Positions 7,446 through 13,764 of a stretch of 37,996 nucleotides of DNA are shown in pieces; the first letter of the stretch is position 1; each line of letters opens with the position of its first letter. This DNA comes from a virus. The translations under genes were made by a program, and so were the position numbers. The DNA lies in the IMG/VR virus record IMGVR_UViG_3300015204_000001; one strand, written 5' to 3'. The notes beneath the pieces are model-generated. The model saw only the letters and a program-made list of their open reading frames with translations. It was not told the origin of the DNA and searched no databases.

Positions 7446-8734
7446 AAATTTTTGATTTTATCGTTTAAAATCAACGGCTTAGACACGACACGTAAACCGG
7501 TTGTTGGGAGCGAGTTGGGTGCAAAGAGCGCTTTTTTCGAAAAAGCGTGCAATTTATCCATGATCGCGTCCGTCGCGCGGCATGGCGCTCCCAGGAAATC
7601 GGCGTCGTAACTTTCGTACCATTTCTCGGTCATGCGGTGATCTGGGTCCACATGCCCCAGCCATTGCGCTCGCTGTTCCCTCGATACCGGGATGCCCTCG
7701 ACGTTTCGAATGTTCGTGGCCATGAAGTGTCGGAGCGTGTAGGCCGTTATTTTCTCAACTCCGGCGCGCAAGCACGCTTTCGCCAGGGTACGGGGACTCA
7801 TGGCAGCCACGGGCTTGCCCTGATAGGCGATAGGGCGGGCACAGTTCCACCACAGCGACCATGCGCGCAAATTTTGGGTCATGGGGATTACGGGCCGAAT
7901 TTTTTGCGTCTGGACGCGGCCTGGAGGATTGAGGGAAATAATGCCTCGCGAGAAATCGACCTGTTCGCTAAAATCGAGCTGGCACACCGCTTCGGGCCGT
8001 GCCCACGTATTAAGGGCCACGATCACGTACCGAAAAACGTGCTCTTCCTCGATTTCGTCGATGATGCTGGCCAGCTCCTTTATCGTCGGCACGGCATGGC
8101 GCGGCACCGACCTTGGCGCGCGCAAAATATTGGAAATGTTGCGCTCGCCGGTCTCTATGAAAACGGGCTTGTCGAGAATGAGAACTTCCGCTTCCCCATC
8201 GATCGTTGCGGCAATGCGCGGGCGTGCGGCCATTGCCATCGCGGCGGCGATGGTGCCCATATAATTTGAAAGAGACTTGGGTTTTAAATCGAAATTGTTT
8301 CTTGCCCATTCGAGAAAGGCATGTTGACGCAAGAGGCCAAAATCCGCAGCCGTCGCGCCCTCTATGGCGCACACATCGTTAAGGAATCGCATTACAAGCT
8401 GGCAAGCCCTGGAGGCAGCCGATTTCGATCTTGTCTTCGATCCGTGATTGTCCATATAAAATTTGAGGATCGTTATCATCGGGACCGACGCGGGATCACG
8501 CGACGATTTCGGAGCGGACGCAAAAACAGACTTTACGATTGCCGTCTTTGCGTCCTCTAAAGAAGTTGTGCCAAGGCTTTTTCGGCGGACGCGACGGGAC
8601 TCTTTGTCATACCAGTATCGGTAATAGGTGCTTTGCCCCGTTTCCCTTCCCAGCCATTGACCCTCGATTTCAAATCGCTCTTGAGCTGGATCGGCCTTTC
8701 CAGGTCTATCGGTTTTGGCTGGTATTTTTGACAT
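7436..8734 (-). CDS. int: tyrosine recombinase / phage integrase
   Basis: The C-terminal catalytic region has TWARPEA, AYTLRHFMAT, WLGH and WYESY (R..HxxR..H..Y pattern). The N-terminus reads YYRYWYDKESRRVRRKSLGT. Confidence 0.9.
   Translation of the reverse strand: MSKIPAKTDRPGKADPAQERFEIEGQWLGRETGQSTYYRYWYDKESRRVRRKSLGTTSLEDAKTAIVKSVFASAPKSSRDPASVPMITILKFYMDNHGSKTRSKSAASRACQLVMRFLNDVCAIEGATAADFGLLRQHAFLEWARNNFDLKPKSLSNYMGTIAAAMAMAARPRIAATIDGEAEVLILDKPVFIETGERNISNILRAPRSVPRHAVPTIKELASIIDEIEEEHVFRYVIVALNTWARPEAVCQLDFSEQVDFSRGIISLNPPGRVQTQKIRPVIPMTQNLRAWSLWWNCARPIAYQGKPVAAMSPRTLAKACLRAGVEKITAYTLRHFMATNIRNVEGIPVSREQRAQWLGHVDPDHRMTEKWYESYDADFLGAPCRATDAIMDKLHAFSKKALFAPNSLPTTGLRVVSKPLILNDKIKNFGA
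7501..7524. repeat. attP arm-type repeat copy 2
   Basis: TTGTTGGGAGCGAGTTGGGTGCAA lies 209 bp from copy 1, inside the 3' end of int. Confidence 0.5.
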
Positions 8735-8928
8735 GGGGCCTTCAACTTTGAATTAAGGTATGCTACTATTTGCGGCTCGGTGTAGTGCGGCCCCTTTCGA
8801 AGAAGGAACCATCCGATTTCCTGCTTTTTTCGTGCGATAGCCAGTTCATCGCAGGCAAATCTTCCCGGCCATTTAAGCAATACATCGTCTTCATGCATCA
8901 ACTCATCTACCTTTGAAAGCTCACTCAT
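8557..8928 (-). CDS. excisionase-like DNA-binding protein
   Basis: ATG 8928 overlaps the upstream stop. The pattern DDVLLKWPGRFACDELAIARKKQEIGWFLLRKGPHYTEPQIVAYL resembles AlpA/Xis-type winged-helix proteins found upstream of integrases. The 3' end overlaps int by about 178 nt. Confidence 0.45.
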   Translation of the reverse strand: MSELSKVDELMHEDDVLLKWPGRFACDELAIARKKQEIGWFLLRKGPHYTEPQIVAYLNSKLKAPCQKYQPKPIDLERPIQLKSDLKSRVNGWEGKRGKAPITDTGMTKSPVASAEKALAQLL

Positions 8929-9502
8929 TGGCTTGCTTTCCGCTATTGAGGCGCTTAAAACCGAAGTCGCGAAGCTTGATTTTGGCCATGCGACCATCTG
9001 AGTGGTGCCATACGATCCCTTCGATATCCTTGCCCTTGAGCCATTCTTGCAAGCCGTCGAAGGTGCGCGGAGGTGTATCCGGCAAGGCGACTGCGGGACT
9101 GAAATGACCGATTAGTCTGTGATTTTCGTAGCGCTCAGGGTTGCCCTGAATTTTAGGCCCGACAAGCTCATAAGTGCCATCGAGCTTAGGTGACATTTGA
9201 TCGAAAGCCTCGCGGTGCCAGCAATCCTCAGCGTTTCTTTTAACCTTCATCCAACCTACTGTTTTTCCAGTTTCTTCGTCGTGATCGGCCAGAACGAAAC
9301 CGTCAGGCGGCGTCCCCTCCTTACGAAGTTCGCGGCGCTTGAACAAAACGCCATCGTCAATAAGGCAGGACGTGCCTTCGAGCTTGCGCGTGGCGACACC
9401 TTCACCGTCGATTACCCATTGAGCTTTCGGGTTAACCTTGTTGACGACGCGGCTTTTGTCGCCGCTCCAGTCGCGTTCGAATAGTGTTGGCATTTTCTTC
9501 AT
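8921..9502 (-). CDS. nucleotidyltransferase-superfamily ligase-like protein (RNA/DNA ligase fold)
   Basis: Ordered motifs: ATRKLEGTS (KxDG-like motif I with D replaced by E), GTYELVGPKIQGNP (motif III-like), EGIVWH (motif IV) and KIKLRDF (motif V). Confidence 0.55.
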   Translation of the reverse strand: MKKMPTLFERDWSGDKSRVVNKVNPKAQWVIDGEGVATRKLEGTSCLIDDGVLFKRRELRKEGTPPDGFVLADHDEETGKTVGWMKVKRNAEDCWHREAFDQMSPKLDGTYELVGPKIQGNPERYENHRLIGHFSPAVALPDTPPRTFDGLQEWLKGKDIEGIVWHHSDGRMAKIKLRDFGFKRLNSGKQANE

Positions 9503-9807
9503 GATAAACCTCCATTATTGAGGGCGGCGCGGGCGAGCTCAACGCATCCGTCGTACCCCTCAAGCCAGTCTGCGGCATCCGCTTCATCGTCACTGAACTC
9601 ACAACTTAACTTCTGCTTCGCGATCATCGCCACCGCTTCCCTCAGCCGCGCTATCTCTGCGTCTTTGACGGCAACTTTTTGCTTCTCTTCGGCGAGCTCG
9701 AGAATTTTAAACGTCAACGCTTTTGCTGTTTCCGCAGGAGACATGATGTAATATCCGGCCTCTTTTAAATATTTATCGTGCAAGGTGCGGGGTTCTGGCG
9801 TTGTCAA
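9499..9807 (-). CDS. hypothetical protein (coiled coil)
   Basis: 102-aa ORF with a TTG start. Its stop overlaps the next gene's start. Confidence 0.45.
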   Translation of the reverse strand: MTTPEPRTLHDKYLKEAGYYIMSPAETAKALTFKILELAEEKQKVAVKDAEIARLREAVAMIAKQKLSCEFSDDEADAADWLEGYDGCVELARAALNNGGLS

Positions 9808-9995
9808 GCCGATACCTCTGTAAGGGGGCGCGTCTTCCTGTTTTGGATAAGGCGCTTATCCGTGTGGAAAGAAGAGACGCGTCCTTGACCTTGACATCCG
9901 CCACCGTTCTCCATTAGGCGCTTATCCGTCGTCCTGTTGAGGACCGACCCCTGTTTTCGAGCGAGGGGCTTGCATTCCGTTGTGGGCTTTTCCAT
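9804..9995 (-). CDS. possible small basic protein (63 aa); the region may instead be structured RNA
   Basis: ATG 9995 is preceded by AAGGA on the minus strand. The sequence is low in complexity with a duplicated TDKRL, and the same DNA carries hairpins and a 14-bp direct repeat. Confidence 0.3.
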   Translation of the reverse strand: MEKPTTECKPLARKQGSVLNRTTDKRLMENGGGCQGQGRVSSFHTDKRLIQNRKTRPLTEVSA

Positions 9996-9997
9996 TT

Positions 9998-10198
9998 TTA
10001 GTTCCTTTCTTTTTTCCATAAATTCGCCAGCGCGCGGTCTATTTCCACGCGCAACATCGACGCATGACCGTCCATAAAACCGGCGTCATAGAGGCTCTTG
10101 TCTTTGCCCATATAGGCGCAATCTTGGTGAGACCGGCCGTCTCGAGCCGCTTCCCGGCCTTGGCAATAAACGTAAACGTCGTGCGACGTGGCAAGCAT
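9998..10198 (-). CDS. hypothetical small protein
   Basis: 66-aa ORF. It is the first gene downstream of motif site A and its -35-like hexamer. Confidence 0.45.
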   Translation of the reverse strand: MLATSHDVYVYCQGREAARDGRSHQDCAYMGKDKSLYDAGFMDGHASMLRVEIDRALANLWKKERN

Positions 10199-10277
10199 AA
10201 CTAGAACTCCATGAGGTAAGGATTTGCTGTTTTATCCGTTTTAATCGAGCGCTCCATGCGGCTCCGCAAAACAGTTA

Positions 10278-10294
10278 TGTGCCATTACGGAACG
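10278..10294. promoter_or_regulatory. regulatory motif site A (TGTGCCATTACGGAACG)
   Basis: Near-palindrome TGTKCC-N5-GGMAC. On the minus strand it lies 8 nt upstream of TTGCGG (10264-10269). Confidence 0.5.
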
Positions 10295-10348
10295 TATGGC
10301 AACAAAAAAAAGATCGACGCAAGACAAAAAAAGACCGTTAATTACTCG

Positions 10349-11014
10349 TTAGCGACCGATATACGTTTGTATTCCAACGATGTAGCATAACGAGATTTCC
10401 GCGGAAATCGGCACGGGAAGCATGACAACGTTTCCCTCTGAGGCGCTGGCCAGTGCTAGCCCTCCGTTAATGCGGACAACCTTTCGAATTGTCTTTTCGA
10501 CAAGATCCCCAAGCACGCGACGAAGCACGACAAAATCCCCCGCCTGGGGTGCCAAATCGGCATCGGCATAATCGACCGTAACCACGTAGGCTCCCGCTGG
10601 CGCGAAGGGCATGGCGTGGTCGTCAATGATTTTATAGGCCTCTTGTCTTATACCAAGGTATCGCTCGGACTCATAAGGCGCTATTTCCGTTGTGTTTTCT
10701 GCTATTTTCATCGATCCCCCGACCCAAATATCATGAGCTACAAATCCCGCGAAAAAAACCTTGATCTTATCATTTGTCAAGACGTGCGGCAGCGCTACAG
10801 GTGCGGCCTCACCTATGTATTTTTCGATAATTTTTATCTGCCAGATTTTAATGTTTTGCTTATTTTTTGAATGGGGAAGCAATTTTGACACACTGGCGTG
10901 GCTGTCAAAGCCCAGCGCAAGCGCTAGGCCGCGTTGGGTTTTTCCTTTCTTCTTAAGGCCGTTTTCGAGCCATTGCCGCAAAACGTCTTGATCGTCATCG
11001 TCTCTTGACCGCAT
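10349..11014 (-). CDS. CI/LexA-like repressor (N-terminal HTH and S24-like C-terminal domain)
   Basis: N-terminal KGKTQRGLALALGFDSHASVSKLL is an XRE-type HTH. C-terminal DDHAMPFAPAGAYVVTVDY...GDFVVLRR...EKTIRKV is S24-like. It is divergent from the Cro-like gene. Confidence 0.75.
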   Translation of the reverse strand: MRSRDDDDQDVLRQWLENGLKKKGKTQRGLALALGFDSHASVSKLLPHSKNKQNIKIWQIKIIEKYIGEAAPVALPHVLTNDKIKVFFAGFVAHDIWVGGSMKIAENTTEIAPYESERYLGIRQEAYKIIDDHAMPFAPAGAYVVTVDYADADLAPQAGDFVVLRRVLGDLVEKTIRKVVRINGGLALASASEGNVVMLPVPISAEISLCYIVGIQTYIGR

Positions 11015-11043
11015 GACCCTAAATCACCTATCAGTTTCGAGCT

Positions 11044-11060
11044 CGTTCCAATTCGGAACA
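11044..11060. promoter_or_regulatory. regulatory motif site B in the cI/cro intergenic region (cGTTCCAATTCGGAACA)
   Basis: Perfect palindrome GTTCC-N5-GGAAC, 8 nt upstream of TTGCTA (11069-11074) and 30 bp from the cI start codon. Confidence 0.55.
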
Positions 11061-11104
11061 TTTTTCTCTTGCTATTTGATTTTGAAGCGGTTACTGAGGT
11101 GCCA

Positions 11105-11461
11105 ATGACGAACGGACATGACCAAATCGAGAACAGCGAAACGTTCGATGCGATTGCGGACAGCGATCTATTTCTTCGGCCACCACTTCAAGAGTGCCGG
11201 GAGCGGCTGGAGCCAGCAGCGACCGTTATCGAAATGTTCAGGACGGATACAATGAGCGGCGAAAACGCACTAGCTGAAATTTTGGGCTGCACAAGGACGG
11301 CGGTTTACAAAACCCAAATGCCAGAAAGGCGCGGCGGTCGCGGTGGTTACTTTCGCTCGAAACACCTCCCGCTAATCATGCGTGCGGCTCAGGAAAGAGG
11401 CCTAAAAATCAGCCCTTACCTGATTATGGGGTATTACCAACTGTTGGAAAAGGAAATTTAG
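11105..11461 (+). CDS. Cro/CII-like HTH DNA-binding protein
   Basis: ATG 11105 follows GAGG. HTH-like GENALAEILGCTRTAVYKT. It is divergent from the repressor. Confidence 0.55.
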   Translation: MTNGHDQIENSETFDAIADSDLFLRPPLQECRERLEPAATVIEMFRTDTMSGENALAEILGCTRTAVYKTQMPERRGGRGGYFRSKHLPLIMRAAQERGLKISPYLIMGYYQLLEKEI

Positions 11462-11463
11462 AA

Positions 11464-11940
11464 ATGGCCGGGTCCTTAAGCGGTGCCGCGCGGCATCGGC
11501 GAAACGAGGGGTGTGCGAAAGCAACCGGGACCGGCCTAAACGGTGAAACCGGCAACCCTTCGGCCGCGCAATTTTCTCTGACCGAGCATCAAATACAAAG
11601 CGTCGTCATGAAGGCCTATAGGCAACGCGCCAATCCGGCAACGGTGTTGTTCGCAATTCCCAACGGGGGCGCGCGTGACGTGGTGACTGGCAAGCTCCTC
11701 AAAGACGAAGGCGTGGAAGCTGGCGCGCCGGACCTTTTTGCGTCTAGAAAGGGGCGGTGCTTTTTTATCGAGGTCAAAACTCTAAACGGTAAGGTCTCGG
11801 CGGCACAAGATGAAATGCATCGAAAATTAAGCTTGGCCGGCGTTGATGTCTATGTCTGCTTTGGGCATGAGGAGGTAATAAGCGTTCTCCAAGTTAATGA
11901 AATTATTCGCCATCCAATAATTAAAGGGAAACAAAAGTGA
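11464..11940 (+). CDS. VRR-NUC domain nuclease
   Basis: The pattern LFAIPNGG...GAPDLFA...FFIEVKT..GKVSAAQ matches the PD-(D/E)xK VRR-NUC signature. Confidence 0.8.
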   Translation: MAGSLSGAARHRRNEGCAKATGTGLNGETGNPSAAQFSLTEHQIQSVVMKAYRQRANPATVLFAIPNGGARDVVTGKLLKDEGVEAGAPDLFASRKGRCFFIEVKTLNGKVSAAQDEMHRKLSLAGVDVYVCFGHEEVISVLQVNEIIRHPIIKGKQK

Positions 11941-12200
11941 AACGGGGTCAGGCAAAAAAGCAAAATGTTGTCGATATAAAGCGTAGCGTTACTTGCGACG
12001 TGATCGGCGATGTCTTGTCTTTGTTTTGCGGCCCATTTACTAGTGACGAATTTGACTGTGAATTACGGCATCTTTGCGCGATATACCGCTGCGAAATGCC
12101 AGGGACGATAAAGGTCGGCAAGCGTCTTGCCGAGATAGGTTTCGAGGTCGAGCGGTGCAGGCGTTATAGTTTGCCGGGCGACCTGAGGATAGCCGCATGA
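11937..12200 (+). CDS. hypothetical protein (may partly be a read-through of TnpB upstream sequence)
   Basis: 87-aa ORF. The GTG start overlaps the VRR-NUC stop, and its stop overlaps the tnpB-like ATG (ATGA). No HUH or recombinase motif. Confidence 0.35.
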   Translation: MKRGQAKKQNVVDIKRSVTCDVIGDVLSLFCGPFTSDEFDCELRHLCAIYRCEMPGTIKVGKRLAEIGFEVERCRRYSLPGDLRIAA

Positions 12201-13273
12201 TGATGCTCACATACAAATATCGTGTCAAGGACGAAACAACGGGGAAACACCTCGTTGCGCACTCGCGCGCGGTTAATTTTGTGTGGAATTATTGCTGCCA
12301 AATCCAGCGCGAGGCCGAGGGCCGTTGGAAGGCCGGAGTTAAGACCAGGTGGCCGTCCGCTTTTGACTTGATTAGGCTTTGCACGGGAAGCGCTAAAGAC
12401 CTTGGATTGCACTCCGATACGGTGAAAACCGTTTGCCAACAGTTTGTTGTTTCTCGTGACGTTAAGCGGAAATGTCCTCGTTTCCGGGCGAGCGGCGGCG
12501 CGAAGCGCTCCCTTGGTTGGGTGCCGTTTGTTTCTCGCGCGGTTAAGATCGACGGCGATTGCGCGATCTATCTTAAAAAGCGCTTCCGTTTTTGGAGGTC
12601 GCGTGAAGTAGAAGGCGTTTTCAAGACCGGCGCGTTTGTTCAAGACGCTTGCGGGCGTTGGTACGTTACTTTTCAATGCGAAGTCGCCGAAACCCTTCCC
12701 ACTGGAAACGGAGAAGTCGGCATCGACCTCGGTCTTAAGACATTGGCGGTTTGCAGCGACGGGAAAACCGTTCCGGCCCTTCGGCATTACCGGCGCTACC
12801 AAGCCGCGCTGGCGACCGCGTCCCGCGCCAATAATAAGGCCCGCGTCAAGGCGATCCACGCGAAGATCGCCAATTCCAGGAAACATCACTTGCACGAACA
12901 ATCTACCGTGATTGTCCGCGCCAATAGTTTTATCGCAGTCGGCAACGTGAACGCCGCCAATCTCGCGAAGACCAAGATGGCGAAATCTGTCTTGGACGCA
13001 GGATGGTCTACGTTCAGAAACATGCTCGAATACAAAGCCAGAAGGCACCGGGCGAGTTTCTATCAAGTCGATGAGCGGTGGAGTTCTCAAACGTGCTCGT
13101 ACTGCCGGACAATTCCCGGCAGTAGTCCGAAAGGTATGGGCGCGCTTGAAGTAAGGCATTGGGTTTGTTCGAACTGCAATTCAGTCCACGATAGAGACCT
13201 GAATGCAGCTTTGAACATCCTCCGTGTCGGGCGAGAACGTTCGCCTCTGGTTGCAGAAATCCCCGGCCTTTAG
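12197..13273 (+). CDS. tnpB: TnpB-like (IS200/IS605 OrfB family) RNA-guided nuclease homolog; canonical RuvC-II Glu not evident
   Basis: Carries GEVGIDLGLKTLAV (RuvC-I, D177), zinc finger CSYC...CSNC, and VHDRDLNAALNI (RuvC-III). The RuvC-II position reads FIAVGNVNAANL (12929-12964) instead of I-x-x-E-D-L. Confidence 0.85.
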   Translation: MMMLTYKYRVKDETTGKHLVAHSRAVNFVWNYCCQIQREAEGRWKAGVKTRWPSAFDLIRLCTGSAKDLGLHSDTVKTVCQQFVVSRDVKRKCPRFRASGGAKRSLGWVPFVSRAVKIDGDCAIYLKKRFRFWRSREVEGVFKTGAFVQDACGRWYVTFQCEVAETLPTGNGEVGIDLGLKTLAVCSDGKTVPALRHYRRYQAALATASRANNKARVKAIHAKIANSRKHHLHEQSTVIVRANSFIAVGNVNAANLAKTKMAKSVLDAGWSTFRNMLEYKARRHRASFYQVDERWSSQTCSYCRTIPGSSPKGMGALEVRHWVCSNCNSVHDRDLNAALNILRVGRERSPLVAEIPGL

Positions 13274-13386
13274 GCCGGGGAAGACGTTAAGTACAGAGAC
13301 AGGGTGTGTCCCGGCGTGTGCGTGCAAAACAGTGAGTCGTGCGAGGTAGAAGTCGCCACGGAAACAGAAGAAAGAAAGAGAAAGCC
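13150..13386 (+). ncRNA. candidate TnpB-associated omega/guide RNA region
   Basis: By analogy, omega-RNAs overlap the tnpB 3' end and run downstream. A perfect 8-bp GC hairpin, CCCCGGCC-TTTA-GGCCGGGG (13261-13280), spans the stop codon. About 110 nt with no convincing ORF follow. Boundaries are unknown. Confidence 0.3.
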
Positions 13387-13623
13387 ATGGTCAATATGTA
13401 TTCGATTTTTGTGTGCAAGTCTTGCAAACGATTTCCCGGTGAAACCAAAGAAGAAACTATATACGAATACTCGCTGCAGCAAGTTCGAGACTTGCACGGC
13501 GAAGCACAAACTGGCGATCCATTGCCGACGGGTAACGGCTCGCTCATTTTGTGCTATCCAGACGCCCGATACGAAGGATTCTTCAAGGTCGGCCAGGAGT
13601 ACGATTTGCAGCTCATGAAATAA
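13387..13623 (+). CDS. hypothetical small protein
   Basis: ATG 13387 follows a purine-rich AGAAAGAAAGAGAAAG stretch. 78 aa with a CxxC near the N-terminus. Confidence 0.45.
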   Translation: MVNMYSIFVCKSCKRFPGETKEETIYEYSLQQVRDLHGEAQTGDPLPTGNGSLILCYPDARYEGFFKVGQEYDLQLMK

Positions 13624-13625
13624 AT

Positions 13626-13671
13626 AGATTGCGTTAACGTATATACACGTTAACGGCGATTAACGCAATCT
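13626..13671. repeat. 12-bp perfect inverted repeat with internal CGTTAACG copies
   Basis: AGATTGCGTTAA (13626-13637) pairs with TTAACGCAATCT (13660-13671). CGTTAACG occurs at 13632-13639 and 13648-13655. Confidence 0.7.
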
Positions 13672-13677
13672 CAGTTA

Positions 13678-13729
13678 GTTAGTTAGGCGTTGCCCTTAAA
13701 ATTGCTGGCGGGGGCAAATCCTAACTAAC
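13678..13729. repeat. compound inverted repeat (10-bp outer and 6-bp inner stem)
   Basis: GTTAGTTAGG (13678-13687) pairs with CCTAACTAAC (13720-13729). The inner stem is TTGCCC/GGGCAA. The left arm (TTAG)x3 places TAG in all three frames. Confidence 0.7.
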
Positions 13730-13764
13730 CATCCTCTTCACCCAAAAAAAAAGAAAGGAACGCA

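Noticed and set aside
7413-7490. Possible tRNA gene (TGGGGTGTAGCCAAGCGGTTATG resembles a tRNA 5' half)
   Set aside because: No complementary 3' acceptor strand (CACCCCA), no GGTTCGAATCC-type T-arm and no proper anticodon stem lie downstream. It is only a fragment, kept as an attP-core hypothesis.
7547-8269. 240-aa plus-strand ORF inside the integrase locus
   Set aside because: It is antisense to an integrase with intact catalytic motifs. The same reasoning applies to 664-1191(-), 18485-19090(-), 27128-27703(-), 27776-28408(-), 34448-35158(-) and 37187-37834(-).
11045-11059. Alphaproteobacterial LexA (SOS) box at the cI/cro switch
   Set aside because: The known box is a direct repeat, GTTC-N7-GTTC. 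This site is GTTC-N7-GAAC, a palindrome, and it groups with the four other motif copies.
11937-12200. The 87-aa ORF upstream of tnpB as a transposase (TnpA)
   Set aside because: It has no HUH/Y1 motif and no serine-recombinase or MerR-like features, and it is too short. A hairpin, GGCAAG-cgt-CTTGCC (12116-12130), sits inside it, but I could not define an IS left end.
12164-13159. 331-aa ORF on the minus strand opposite tnpB
   Set aside because: It is entirely antisense to a gene with clear TnpB motifs. The translation is Arg/Pro/Gly-rich and reads like a shadow frame.
13261-13280. The GC hairpin at the tnpB stop as a rho-independent terminator
   Set aside because: No T-run follows it (the next bases are AAGACGTTAAG). 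It fits an IS right-end or omega-RNA stem better.
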